Part shown: positions 7,783 through 17,098 of the stretch, in pieces | Position numbering within the stretch: the first letter of the stretch is position 1 | How the letters are laid out: each line of letters starts with the position of its first letter | IMG/VR virus record: IMGVR_UViG_3300021431_000203 | Location: 1 to 42,106 of that record | Origin: a virus | DNA length: 42,106 bases | Reading direction: 5' to 3' (one strand) | Made by a program: the position numbers and the translations under genes | The notes under the pieces: generated by a model | What the model was told of the DNA's origin: nothing | Seen by the model: only the letters and a program-made list of their open reading frames with translations | Database searches by the model: none

Positions 7783-8532
7783 TTATCCCTCCATATAATT
7801 ATTAATTAATTCATTGTAATATTTTGTAACTGTTGGTATCCAATGCACGTTTACACCTGTTGGGTCATTACTTGCACCTACTGGGCAATACACATTTCCA
7901 ATTTCTTCAATAGTAGTTAACCCTTTATCGAAATAACTGTTTTTCAAAAGACTTACAAACTCGTTTATCCCTTCTTCTAAACTTCCAAAAGTTGCTAATT
8001 GACCGTTTCTGAAAATTCCACCTAAGTTATTTTGATTTTTAAAAGCACTTGAAGTATAATTTCCAGTTTCATGTTTAGAAATTGCAACTGTTAGAAAACT
8101 TTGCTCGTCTGTTAATCCGTATTCTTTACCTACTAGATAAATCATGCAACTGTATTTATCCATCTTACAAGTTTTATCCTCAATTTTAACATACTTTGTA
8201 ACTTCTTTTTCTTTAATTGTTTCAAAACCTACATACTTTTCAACAATACGTGGGTTTACTACTAAAATCACTATTGTAATTATAACCCCGTAAAATAACC
8301 CCATTTTAGCCCATTTAGGACACTTTTTAATTAATTCGATTAAATTATCGAACAACACCTCAACAACACTATAAAGCCCATATAATGCCCCAATAACAAG
8401 CAATATGATTAATTTTATAACTTTGTAACCTATCTTAACTATAAAATCACAAATCTTATCTGTATAATACCCCGTTGGCTTTTCTATCTTTTCAACCTTT
8501 TTAACCCTCTTTGTATTCTTTTTCTTTTCCAT
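7783..8532 (-). CDS. Membrane-anchored glucosaminidase-domain (LytD/FlgJ-type) peptidoglycan hydrolase
   Basis: Two N-terminal TM segments. The C-domain LTVAISKHETGNYTSSAFKNQNNLGGI...FGSLEEGINEFVSLL resembles the Glucosaminidase (PF01832) pattern ESgwG-S--a---nNlFGIk. Confidence 0.6.
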   Translation of the reverse strand: MEKKKNTKRVKKVEKIEKPTGYYTDKICDFIVKIGYKVIKLIILLVIGALYGLYSVVEVLFDNLIELIKKCPKWAKMGLFYGVIITIVILVVNPRIVEKYVGFETIKEKEVTKYVKIEDKTCKMDKYSCMIYLVGKEYGLTDEQSFLTVAISKHETGNYTSSAFKNQNNLGGIFRNGQLATFGSLEEGINEFVSLLKNSYFDKGLTTIEEIGNVYCPVGASNDPTGVNVHWIPTVTKYYNELINNYMEG

Positions 8533-8533
8533 T

Positions 8534-8689
8534 TTATTTTAACCTTAATTCCTTTCTTTTATTCTCAATCAATTCCTCTAAAAGTTCAACCTGCTCCCTA
8601 AAAAATAATTTATCTGTTCTTGTTTTTGCTTCTTGCATATATTTTACTAATTGTTTTTGGTCGTATATTAATTCATTTAATTTTTTCAT
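8534..8689 (-). CDS. Hypothetical coiled-coil protein (51 aa)
   Basis: Below the track cutoff. ATG 8689, stop 8536-8534. MKKLNELIYDQKQLVKYMQEAKTRTDKLFFREQVELLEELIENKRKELRLK. Confidence 0.5.
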   Translation of the reverse strand: MKKLNELIYDQKQLVKYMQEAKTRTDKLFFREQVELLEELIENKRKELRLK

Positions 8690-8764
8690 TTAACATTCCT
8701 CCTCATAATATTCTTTTAAATCTTTATCAATATTTTCTTTCAACCATTTAATTAATTTTTTCAT
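8690..8764 (-). CDS. Possible mini-protein (24 aa)
   Basis: ATG 8764. MKKLIKWLKENIDKDLKEYYEEEC. Its stop abuts the next ATG. Very short, so uncertain. Confidence 0.3.
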   Translation of the reverse strand: MKKLIKWLKENIDKDLKEYYEEEC

Positions 8765-8778
8765 ACTATCACCTCTTT

Positions 8779-8901
8779 TTACTTAATTACTAATTTTAAC
8801 CCTTGCCATGTTGTTATAACAAACCAAACAAGTATCATTATATCTGATTTAACCACCATTGCTAGTAGTGTTATTATTGCTATATTTCTTAACTTTTTCA
8901 T
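8779..8901 (-). CDS. Small membrane protein (40 aa)
   Basis: ATG 8901 after AGGAGGT. MKKLRNIAIITLLAMVVKSDIMILVWFVITTWQGLKLVIK. It is the first gene after the consensus promoter. Confidence 0.5.
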   Translation of the reverse strand: MKKLRNIAIITLLAMVVKSDIMILVWFVITTWQGLKLVIK

Positions 8902-8925
8902 ATCTCTTACCTCCTAACTGTATAC

Positions 8926-8955
8926 ATTATAGCATAGGTTATAATAAAATGTCAA
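8926..8955 (-). promoter_or_regulatory. Near-consensus sigma-A promoter
   Basis: Minus strand reads TTGACA, an 18-nt spacer ending in TGC, then TATAAT. Confidence 0.75.
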
Positions 8956-8994
8956 TAACTTTTCAATAATTTTTTAATATTTTTTCATTAAATT

Positions 8995-9017
8995 AAAAAA
9001 GACTAGGAAAATCCTAG
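8995..9017 (-). terminator. Rho-independent terminator after the lysis cassette
   Basis: Minus strand reads CTAGGA-TTT-TCCTAG, then TC and T6. It lies immediately after the endolysin stop at 9019. Confidence 0.75.
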
Positions 9018-9018
9018 C

Positions 9019-9942
9019 CTAAACTATTTCAATTTGAAACTTTTTAGCACTTGTACCCATTGCACCAGCGTAGCCATCTTGACCGTTTGAAGTTTCATTA
9101 TCATATTGCCAAGCATAATCATTAACTTTATATTTTGCACGTTTAAATGGTCTAATATTATTTGGCGTATAGTAGTAAACTTCTATTGCATCAATAACTT
9201 GGTCATTACCGGCGAATCCATTTGTATAATCATTTATATCATAACCACTAACGTATGGCAACCAATCGCCATCTTTAATATGAACACGGTATTTTATAGT
9301 TCCTTTATCAACTTTAATAGCCACGCCTGTAATACGGTCGTTATTATAACCAGCGTAATCATTTAAGTTTTTAACTTCTGGCAACCAACCATAATTTACA
9401 GTTTTAACTCTATAATAAACATTAACTTTTTCGTCTTTCACACTTTCATTATTAATCTTGTTTGCTTCATCACATATATAATCTAATTTACTTAATAAAT
9501 AAGCCCCGGGGCATTCTGTATTTGCAAACATACTATGCCATGTTAGATTTTTACCTTTTACAAGTTTACCAAGATTATTTCTTTTAGCAATATCAGCAAC
9601 CAACTTAATAAGACTTTTCATTGTTGTATCATTTACATACCATGAATTGTCATTATCAGATGTTTCTATTGTTACTGATTTACAATTACTATCCCAATTT
9701 GAATTACACCATGATGTATTGATTTCGTCAACGTATAAACCAATACGCCCGTCATATCCCACACCATAGTTAGAAGAAGCCTCACGCCCTACTTGTTGGA
9801 ATATTTGTCCACATTGTTCTGCACTTAAACGCCCAGCCATGTGATGTATAGTTATTGCTTCTATTTTTCTTCCATCTCTACCGACTGTATAATTACCGGG
9901 ATAAGCAGGAACAACAACATTTACCAATTTTGAATTACTCAT
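9019..9942 (-). CDS. Endolysin: N-acetylmuramoyl-L-alanine amidase (Amidase_2/PGRP) with two ChW-like C-terminal repeats
   Basis: Amidase_2 motifs are ITIHHMAG, ASSNYGVGYDGRI and TECPG. The repeats are YYRVKTVNYGWLPEV...ITGVAIKV and KYRVHIKDGDWLPYV...IDAIEVYY. ATG 9942 follows AAGGTGA; the track uses GTG 9951. Confidence 0.85.
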   Translation of the reverse strand: MSNSKLVNVVVPAYPGNYTVGRDGRKIEAITIHHMAGRLSAEQCGQIFQQVGREASSNYGVGYDGRIGLYVDEINTSWCNSNWDSNCKSVTIETSDNDNSWYVNDTTMKSLIKLVADIAKRNNLGKLVKGKNLTWHSMFANTECPGAYLLSKLDYICDEANKINNESVKDEKVNVYYRVKTVNYGWLPEVKNLNDYAGYNNDRITGVAIKVDKGTIKYRVHIKDGDWLPYVSGYDINDYTNGFAGNDQVIDAIEVYYYTPNNIRPFKRAKYKVNDYAWQYDNETSNGQDGYAGAMGTSAKKFQIEIV

Positions 9943-9998
9943 TTTCGTCACCTTTTCCGTTTGAAAGTTCTTCTTCCATTTCTTTTGTTAGTTCCATG

Positions 9999-10187
9999 TT
10001 ATTCATCTCCTGTCTTAACCACTTTTGAACCGATTAAATATGTGCCTATAACTGCAATTATAACTGATATTGTATTTGTTATTTTGTCTGCATTAATACC
10101 CCAAATTGGTGTTATACCTATTATTAAAGCATTAATTATAGCAAGTATATTAGTTGTATATTTTGCAATCTTTTTAATTTTTTTCAT
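9999..10187 (-). CDS. Putative holin (62 aa, two TM segments)
   Basis: It lies directly upstream of the endolysin. It has a K-rich N-terminus, two hydrophobic helices and a charged C-terminus. Confidence 0.7.
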   Translation of the reverse strand: MKKIKKIAKYTTNILAIINALIIGITPIWGINADKITNTISVIIAVIGTYLIGSKVVKTGDE

Positions 10188-10207
10188 CGTATCATCTCCT
10201 TTATATA

Positions 10208-10236
10208 ATTATACTATTAAAAAAGAAAAAACGCAA
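10208..10236 (-). promoter_or_regulatory. Sigma-A-type promoter for the lysis cassette
   Basis: Minus strand reads TTGCGT, a 17-nt spacer, then TATAAT. The -35 lies in the 3' arm of the upstream terminator. Confidence 0.5.
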
Positions 10237-10245
10237 AATTGCGTT
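10219..10245 (-). terminator. Rho-independent terminator after the tail genes
   Basis: Minus strand reads AACGCA-ATTT-TGCGTT, then TTTTCTTTTTT. It abuts the stop codon at 10245. Confidence 0.75.
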
Positions 10246-10781
10246 TAGTCTGTTGTTTTAGTGTATTCTAAAGTTATATAACAATCCGCCTCACTGTACG
10301 ATGCCACTGCATTATATATTCTTAAAACATCTCCTAAAATAAAAGTTTTTACACTATTACCTGCGTTATTTGCGTAATATATTGGTAAAAATTGTTGTTG
10401 ATTAGTAATTACTAAAGTTTCTGGTATTTTAATAATTTCTTTATTCAAAGAAGAGATATCTATATCTTTTGATGTATTGACACCATCAGAAGTTGTAGGT
10501 AATGTTGTGTGAAGCACTTTTCTATATAATGTTTTACCGAACCAACTTCCAACTATAACTTCATTTTCTGAATATACATTTAAACTATCAATTTGTTCTT
10601 TTACTGCATGAACACTAGGTGCGTCTGTTGTACTATCGCCATCTAAACTATCTACTACTGTTGGTATATCACTAGCCACAGTATCAATTGCACTTTCAAT
10701 ATTATCTTGCATTTGATTAAGCGTACTAGCATTTAAAGGCGTACTAGTATCTGGTAAGTTTTTAAAATTTATCTTTTGCAT
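10245..10781 (-). CDS. Putative tail fibre / receptor-binding protein
   Basis: Last gene of the tail module. The N-terminus KINFKNLPDTSTPLNASTLNQMQDNIE is a recurrent Firmicute-phage fibre N-terminus. Confidence 0.55.
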   Translation of the reverse strand: MQKINFKNLPDTSTPLNASTLNQMQDNIESAIDTVASDIPTVVDSLDGDSTTDAPSVHAVKEQIDSLNVYSENEVIVGSWFGKTLYRKVLHTTLPTTSDGVNTSKDIDISSLNKEIIKIPETLVITNQQQFLPIYYANNAGNSVKTFILGDVLRIYNAVASYSEADCYITLEYTKTTD

Positions 10782-13279
10782 TATTTATCAATCCTTTCTT
10801 TTAATAATTTTATTTCTTCTTCTTGTTCTTTGACAACTTGCCATAGAACAGAAACCATCGAATAAATATCAACACCGTCATTGTCTTTTGAAGTTATTTC
10901 TTTTGAATAATTATATTTATCTCCAATTACAAAACCTATATGTTTTTTATCGGTATCTTTATCACTTTTTAAGTTATATTTATAAATGTCGGTATTTTTT
11001 AATATTTCCTTTGCATTTTCTAACTTTTCAAAGTTCTTTTTATATTCTTCTTTTGATGTTTGTGTTACTGTTGGTGTTATTATGCCACTTGGCTCAATGC
11101 TCGTTTGATTTATTGCATCTTTAACGCTTAACCCCCATGCAGTTACACTCATTGTTTTATTTGAATCACTATAATCTGTTATGAACATACCAGCAGCTCT
11201 TAATAAATTAGTAATAGCTAAGTTTACTATTCCTTCTCTCCACATTCTTATTTCATTTGGGAAATATTCAGTATATCTATTATTGCTTGTATTACTATTA
11301 ATTTTAAATTTAGGAGTTTCGGTATCTCCGTTTAATTCAATACTACCACCAGTAATATTAGCATTACGCATTGTAGTGTTTCCTTCAGAATCAACACTAA
11401 AATTATCACTATTAATGCTTAAATTTTTTGTTGTCATATTTATTTCGTTTCCTGCTAATATATTCAATACATCATTTGCTTCAATATCGACTTTGTCAGC
11501 ATTTAAAGTTGCTCCACTTTCATCTTTATTGATTGCCAAAATCAAACTTGCACTTGTAACATTTCCGTCTTCATCAGCAACCGAACTAACTTTTGCCTCT
11601 AATTCATCGCCTAGTAAATTTAATTCACTTGTAACCTCGACTTGATTAGCAAATGTGCTAGTGTATTCATTTTCTAATAAATAAGTACATTTAAACATTG
11701 CATTGTCATAATCTCCAAAAGGATACATAGTTATATACGATTCTTTTTCAACACGTATTTCTATATCTTTGCCCTGTTCAATTACTGTTTCAGATAAAGC
11801 ATACTTATTACCAAACTCATCAATTCCAACATTTCTTTCCACCCATTGTTTACCATCTTCGTAAACATAAGTATCATGAATACTATCATTGATATAATTT
11901 AATTTTAAAAAGTCTAAAACATAATATTTTGAAGTTTCCCAATCAATTGCATCTTGTTTAACATTATAAACCCATATACCGCAAACAGAAGGATATAAAT
12001 AATCACTTGGATATAAATCATTACTTGGGAATGTTGCACTCAAATTTCCAGTTATTTCAAGCCTGTGTAAAATACCTTCGTGTGCGTTTTCTAATTGTAT
12101 TGTGTGCGTTCCACTTATTGTATTTGAAACATCTACAATTTTACTAGCAAGGGCGTTGATTTCAGCCTCGTTCTTTTTAGCAATAATATAGGCTTGGTTT
12201 CGTTGCCTATCGTCTTTACTTGCGTGTTTATAATCTGTTTCACTTGTGTTTGGTATTTCACTATATACATGTTCTTCTAATCCATTTGTTAAATCAATTT
12301 CGTCATTAAGTATAATACATGGATAAGTATTTTCTCCAATTATTACATTAAATTTATCATATAATTCAAGATATAAAATACCTGTGCTTTGAAAATCATT
12401 GACATAGTATTCTGTACCGTCTAAAACTTCTAATATGTCTGGCAAATAATCGCTTCTATTGTTGTCATTCATTATTTGATTATCTTCAATTTTAATTTCA
12501 CATAATCCGTTATTTTGGATACTTTGTTCATCTTGCAAAAATACATTGTCTGAACCACCACTTCTACTTAACACAATAGAATTAATTGGTCCAAATTTAT
12601 CTTTAAATGATACACTTGTATTTTTTAGTGAATCACCATCAAATGTTTCACTTGTATTATTTATATATTTTAGTTCAAGTTCTCCATTTTCATTAATCCA
12701 TATTGCACTTGCTGTTACTTGTGCAAGTTCATCTAATACATCTCTAAAAGTATAACCTAGACTTTGTCCTGTATTGTTTAAATATAACTCGTTTGGTATT
12801 TCTTTGTCATAATTAGCAAATGTTTCACCTACATTTTTAAATGTTAATCCTAATTTTGTACATATTGCACCTATATAATTTCTTATCGTTATAGGATATG
12901 TTATATTCATGCTTTCATAATCAACCATTGAATATAGCATTTTATCATAGCAAGTTATAAAATAATGTCCACTTTCTTCACGTATTTCCGTATCACTGAC
13001 AATAAATTCACCAAAATTTAATGTTTCCCATTCGTTATTGGCTTTCATTGAAATTTGACACGTTAAAACAGTATTTAGGGGTATGTCTGTATCTATTTCA
13101 AACTCTAACATTCTCATAACTGATTTTAATAAAGAACCATAGGTAGAATACTTAATACTATATAAACTATCATCATTTATGGTTATTTCAACATTGTCTA
13201 TTTCACATGTTATTGTATTTTTTAGCATTCTACCTGCTGTCTTTATCTGATTTTTAAATTTATTAGTTACTATTTTCAT
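10781..13279 (-). CDS. Tail-associated lysin-like / minor structural protein (prophage tail endopeptidase-type N-region) with C-terminal Peptidase_S74 intramolecular chaperone
   Basis: An 832-aa ORF downstream of the tape measure and Dit-like genes. The C-terminus DIYKYNLKSDKDTDKKHIGFVIGD...GVDIYSMVSVLWQVVKEQEEEIKLLKERI fits the S74 chaperone pattern. Confidence 0.7.
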   Translation of the reverse strand: MKIVTNKFKNQIKTAGRMLKNTITCEIDNVEITINDDSLYSIKYSTYGSLLKSVMRMLEFEIDTDIPLNTVLTCQISMKANNEWETLNFGEFIVSDTEIREESGHYFITCYDKMLYSMVDYESMNITYPITIRNYIGAICTKLGLTFKNVGETFANYDKEIPNELYLNNTGQSLGYTFRDVLDELAQVTASAIWINENGELELKYINNTSETFDGDSLKNTSVSFKDKFGPINSIVLSRSGGSDNVFLQDEQSIQNNGLCEIKIEDNQIMNDNNRSDYLPDILEVLDGTEYYVNDFQSTGILYLELYDKFNVIIGENTYPCIILNDEIDLTNGLEEHVYSEIPNTSETDYKHASKDDRQRNQAYIIAKKNEAEINALASKIVDVSNTISGTHTIQLENAHEGILHRLEITGNLSATFPSNDLYPSDYLYPSVCGIWVYNVKQDAIDWETSKYYVLDFLKLNYINDSIHDTYVYEDGKQWVERNVGIDEFGNKYALSETVIEQGKDIEIRVEKESYITMYPFGDYDNAMFKCTYLLENEYTSTFANQVEVTSELNLLGDELEAKVSSVADEDGNVTSASLILAINKDESGATLNADKVDIEANDVLNILAGNEINMTTKNLSINSDNFSVDSEGNTTMRNANITGGSIELNGDTETPKFKINSNTSNNRYTEYFPNEIRMWREGIVNLAITNLLRAAGMFITDYSDSNKTMSVTAWGLSVKDAINQTSIEPSGIITPTVTQTSKEEYKKNFEKLENAKEILKNTDIYKYNLKSDKDTDKKHIGFVIGDKYNYSKEITSKDNDGVDIYSMVSVLWQVVKEQEEEIKLLKERIDK

Positions 13280-13650
13280 TATAAAGTCTCATTTCCAACT
13301 AATTCATAAGTAAAAGTTTTTGATTTATCTATATAATAAAATTCTAATTCTAAATCACCTTTATGAGTTGTTATAGTTCTTCTTCTTCCGTCAGGGTCAT
13401 CATAAGTCACTGTTTGTATTGGATTTCTAAAAATATTGTTTGTTAAATATGTAATTTGGCTAGGAGTTAATGGTTTAAAAGTTAGTGTAAACTTAGGTAC
13501 TGTGCCTTTAAATGTACCTGTGAATCGGTTAGACAATGTATAACCCGTGTCACTGCTCCAAGTATCATAAAACCCATACTTAACATTATTTGCTAAATAT
13601 TCTCCCATTGATATACCATTTATTATTAAACTATCTCTTGAAATAAACAT
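13279..13650 (-). CDS. Small tail protein in the Dit (distal tail) position
   Basis: Assigned by position between the tape measure and Tal. At 123 aa it is shorter than a typical Dit. Confidence 0.4.
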   Translation of the reverse strand: MFISRDSLIINGISMGEYLANNVKYGFYDTWSSDTGYTLSNRFTGTFKGTVPKFTLTFKPLTPSQITYLTNNIFRNPIQTVTYDDPDGRRRTITTHKGDLELEFYYIDKSKTFTYELVGNETL

Positions 13651-13660
13651 ATCGCACCTC

Positions 13661-15502
13661 CTAAGTATTTGTTATAAAATTACGTTGGTTTGTTCTGCTT
13701 GCAGTTTGTCTTTGAATTAATCTACCATCAAAGTAAATATTTATTGGCTGGTTTCCTGCACTATTATTTCCATATCGTGCTATTTCCCCTGCAAGTGTTG
13801 ATAAATAATCTTGCGTCATTGGAACTACTGCTTCTGGGTATCCTGCTTCACCTATTAATGCACGTGTTGGTTGTGTAACTATTCCACCTGTTGCATATCC
13901 TGTATATCCAGTATTTCTCATAAAATCTTCTACTGCATTTATTGCTAATGTATATGTTTGATTGGTTAAATCACTTAATTTACGTGATATTCTATCTAAT
14001 TTCCATAATGCGTCATCATCATTTGCATTTAGTATAATTTTCCAATCTTTTCTTGTTAATTCAACTAATTTATCAGCAAGTTTTTGATTTTCTTTTGTAA
14101 AATTATAAGTTTCTCCTTTATTTTTTGCTGTTTGTTCTGCTAAATTAAAATATTTTTTTTCTAAATCTTTTGTATCTTTTCCTAATTCTGACTTTATAAT
14201 TATTAAATCTAAAAGTGTATTTTTATATTCATCTGCTTCTTCATCATTTAAAAGATTTTGTTCGTATAAAGCATCATAAACAGCGATGTTATCTTCTAAT
14301 TCTTTTGTAAGTAATTCTTCTTGTGTTTTCATTTCACCTGTTTTTACAAATTGTTTTTCAATGTTTTTTATCTGTTCTTCAATTGCTTGTGTTTGCGTTT
14401 TTAAATGGTCTGTTGTTATTTTTCTTTGTTGGTCTGTAAGTTCGCCAGCTTCAATGTTTTTTATCATTTGTCCATTCAAATTTGACAATGCTTCTACATG
14501 GTCTCTCTCATTTGTAGTATTATCTGCTGTTTCTTTTTTTAAATCTTTATATTTATCTATTATTTCTTGTAAATCATCAATTAGTTGTCTTCCAGTTATA
14601 GCAGTATAAAGTAAATTTACTCCAATTACTATTATACCTATGCTAGCAAGTGTGCCCAATGCTCCATTTAATCCACCTATGTTTTTAACTAATTTGCCAA
14701 TAGTCGAAGCACCAAACGCTATTAATAATGCTGTTCCTAGTGCTTTCACTAATTTTTCATTTTCTTTCAACCATTTTGCTAAATCTTGTAATTTTTTTAC
14801 CACTTTTTCATCAAGTTCAGGTATTTGGAATAAATCTCCTCCACCACCACCAGAACTAGAATTGTCTTGTTGTTTTCTAATTACATCAAAATCATAAGTT
14901 TGGTTATTTAATTCTTTTTGTGCCTTTGCTTGAGATTGTAAAGCCTTAGCGTTTGCTCTAGCCAAGAAATCAATACCAGTCAAAGCTTTTATAAACACAT
15001 TTAAATAGCCAAGTGCTTTTAATAAACTATTGCTTATCATTTCAAGCACAGGTGCTAAAAATGAGCCAAGCCCTACCCAAACACTTTGTAATTTTTCAGC
15101 AAGTTCAGTATCTTGTGATAAATAAGCAGAACTTGCACGACTTACAAGCGAGTAAATACTTCTTAGTCCTACTAATGATAAAGCATATTTTTTAACTGTA
15201 TTACCTATCTTTTTAAAGTTAAAATCAGTTTTTTGCGACATGTCGTCAGTTTCCTCACCAGCATTTTTAACTTTAAGTCTTAAATCAATCATTTTATTAG
15301 ATAAACTTTCAACACTTGCTTGTGTTTTTGCTATATCAGCATTTAAACCTACTTTATCAATATCTCCACCACTTGTTTTTATTTTTAATAATTCATTCAG
15401 TCTTTTTTGTTGGGTTTTTAGTTTTTGTTCCAATTGTTTATATTGTGCGTCAAAACTTTTAGTTCCAAGTTCTGTTTCAATTATTAATTTTCCATCTGAC
15501 AT
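13661..15502 (-). CDS. Tail tape measure protein
   Basis: A 613-aa ORF with coiled-coil ends and a central hydrophobic/Gly segment (SSSGGGGGD...ALLIAFGA). It lies downstream of the chaperone pair. Confidence 0.85.
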   Translation of the reverse strand: MSDGKLIIETELGTKSFDAQYKQLEQKLKTQQKRLNELLKIKTSGGDIDKVGLNADIAKTQASVESLSNKMIDLRLKVKNAGEETDDMSQKTDFNFKKIGNTVKKYALSLVGLRSIYSLVSRASSAYLSQDTELAEKLQSVWVGLGSFLAPVLEMISNSLLKALGYLNVFIKALTGIDFLARANAKALQSQAKAQKELNNQTYDFDVIRKQQDNSSSGGGGGDLFQIPELDEKVVKKLQDLAKWLKENEKLVKALGTALLIAFGASTIGKLVKNIGGLNGALGTLASIGIIVIGVNLLYTAITGRQLIDDLQEIIDKYKDLKKETADNTTNERDHVEALSNLNGQMIKNIEAGELTDQQRKITTDHLKTQTQAIEEQIKNIEKQFVKTGEMKTQEELLTKELEDNIAVYDALYEQNLLNDEEADEYKNTLLDLIIIKSELGKDTKDLEKKYFNLAEQTAKNKGETYNFTKENQKLADKLVELTRKDWKIILNANDDDALWKLDRISRKLSDLTNQTYTLAINAVEDFMRNTGYTGYATGGIVTQPTRALIGEAGYPEAVVPMTQDYLSTLAGEIARYGNNSAGNQPINIYFDGRLIQRQTASRTNQRNFITNT

Positions 15503-15504
15503 AA

Positions 15505-16080
15505 CTATTTTTCACTCCTTCCTTGATCTTTAAGTCTATAAAATTCTTCCATATTATGTTTTTCTTCTTCTGTAAGTTGTCTTTGTTTATGTTTTTTCTT
15601 TATAGCAACCATTTCTTTTGCTTTTCTTATTTTTTCTTTTGTTTTAGAATCTTTATATTCATTTTCATCAAGATTTCTAGTATCTCGTATTCTATTTATC
15701 AAACTATCAGGAATTAATCCACTTATTAATTCGTTATATTCCCACCAATGTAAATAATCAACTTCATTCAAATTAATTTTGTAAACTTGTCTTATACTTG
15801 TTTTAACATCTACCTCATCTTGTAAATAATCAAAGTCAAGTTCTTCAATTGGTGTATTTTCTTGTTTACCACATCGCAAATATGTTGCAATTTTATCTTG
15901 CAATATAGGTCTATCATCGTTATTCACACCCATTCCTAGAAGTAAAGTTTCTACTGCTAGATATCGTTCTAAGTTGGTTAATTCCTCATCATCAATAGCC
16001 CTTAAACAAGCCAGAGCAGTTTTATAATCTGTATCTATGTTATAAATATGCCCGTTTGCTTCCATTTTAGTTGGATACAT
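15505..16080 (-). CDS. Tail assembly protein (Gp15-like position, second chaperone ORF)
   Basis: Assigned by position between the chaperone and the tape measure. It shares a TAATG overlap with the upstream ORF and lies in its -1 frame. Confidence 0.5.
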   Translation of the reverse strand: MYPTKMEANGHIYNIDTDYKTALACLRAIDDEELTNLERYLAVETLLLGMGVNNDDRPILQDKIATYLRCGKQENTPIEELDFDYLQDEVDVKTSIRQVYKINLNEVDYLHWWEYNELISGLIPDSLINRIRDTRNLDENEYKDSKTKEKIRKAKEMVAIKKKHKQRQLTEEEKHNMEEFYRLKDQGRSEK

Positions 16081-16523
16081 TAAATCACATCACTTTTCTT
16101 TTCCATATATTTTTTAGCAAGTCTTTCTTGTGCTTTATCACGTTTAAATTTCATTTTTTCAAAATGTGGTTCTAATGCGTCTAACAGTGCGTTATATTGT
16201 CCTAAATTTTCTTTATCACCAAATATTTTAAAACAAGCACCTTCACCTAAAAAACTATCAAATAATTTTCTTTGTTTTTTTGCATGTTCGTTATCTAGTT
16301 CTATATATGCTCTTGCTTTTTCTTCATCTGTTTTACACGTTTCTAATATTTCTTTTTCCTTTTTTGCATATTCTTTTCCTAGTTTTTCTAAATTATCTCC
16401 TGCTTCCATAATAAGTTGTGGAAGTCTTATGTCCGTTAAGTCAAATTCTATTGTTTCCCCTTTATCATTTACTTCTAAAACATAATAATCTTCCATGTTT
16501 TTTTCTAAAACTAACTTTTCCAT
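16080..16523 (-). CDS. Tail assembly chaperone
   Basis: An acidic 147-aa protein directly after the major tail protein. Confidence 0.55.
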   Translation of the reverse strand: MEKLVLEKNMEDYYVLEVNDKGETIEFDLTDIRLPQLIMEAGDNLEKLGKEYAKKEKEILETCKTDEEKARAYIELDNEHAKKQRKLFDSFLGEGACFKIFGDKENLGQYNALLDALEPHFEKMKFKRDKAQERLAKKYMEKKSDVI

Positions 16524-16545
16524 AATATACTATCCTCCTAAATAT

Positions 16546-16554
16546 ATTATACCA
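16546..16554 (-). promoter_or_regulatory. Extended -10 promoter element (TGGTATAAT)
   Basis: Minus strand reads TGGTATAAT, between the major-tail-protein terminator and the RBS AGGAGG. Confidence 0.5.
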
Positions 16555-16570
16555 TATTTTTTTGAATATT

Positions 16571-16596
16571 AAAAAAAGGTAGGTAACCCCACCTTT
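16571..16596 (-). terminator. Rho-independent terminator after the major tail gene
   Basis: Minus strand reads AAAGGTGGG-GTTA-CCTACCTTT (one mismatch), then T-rich sequence. Confidence 0.75.
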
Positions 16597-16600
16597 GATT

Positions 16601-17098
16601 TTATAAACTTGTGCCTGCGTCTTCTGTGAATGTTATTGATGAACCACTTATTGTTGCAATACCAGTTTTAGGGTTGCTATAATCTATATCATAAGAAATA
16701 GTAGCATTTTCTCCTAGCCATTCAGTAATAGTTATTAAAACATCATACATAACGGCTTGATAATTACCAGCAGTTCCATTTGTCTTAGCAGTATCAATTT
16801 CTATTAATTGAGTTTGTCCTGAAATTGCTTTTCTTCTTAATTCATCAAGGTATTCATAAATTTCTTCACCTTCATAACATCTTTTACCACTAATTGAAGA
16901 ACTTATTTGATAGTTTTGAAATACTGTCTCAGTAGTAGCACGAATTATAGGTTTAAATGTATCTTTTGTTGTACTAAATGTTACACTTAATGATTCAACA
17001 CCTTCACCCTCTTGTTTCCAAGTTGGATTTGAAGTTTCACCAGTTGTTGTAGCAGTATTTATAAAATGTTGAAATTCATGTCTTTGTAATTGTCTCAT
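16601..17098 (-). CDS. Major tail protein
   Basis: A 165-aa ORF with the strong RBS GAGGAGGG, placed between the connector genes and the chaperones and followed by a terminator. Confidence 0.65.
   Translation of the reverse strand: MRQLQRHEFQHFINTATTTGETSNPTWKQEGEGVESLSVTFSTTKDTFKPIIRATTETVFQNYQISSSISGKRCYEGEEIYEYLDELRRKAISGQTQLIEIDTAKTNGTAGNYQAVMYDVLITITEWLGENATISYDIDYSNPKTGIATISGSSITFTEDAGTSL

Noticed and set aside
9935-10006. A short acidic ORF (MNNMELTKEMEEELSNGKGDENE, or MELTKEM... from 9997) between the holin and endolysin genes.
   Set aside because: It has 20-23 codons and overlaps the endolysin RBS and start. It has no independent support and could be spurious. I left it unannotated.
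16075-16110. A programmed -1 frameshift joining the two tail-chaperone ORFs (16080-16523 and 15505-16080).
   Set aside because: The downstream ORF is in the -1 frame, as expected. However, that frame is closed by a TGA only four codons upstream of its ATG. No X-XXY-YYZ slippery heptamer occurs in the short permissible window (…GTGATTTAATG). A TAATG reinitiation arrangement fits better. A frameshift cannot be formally excluded without experiments.
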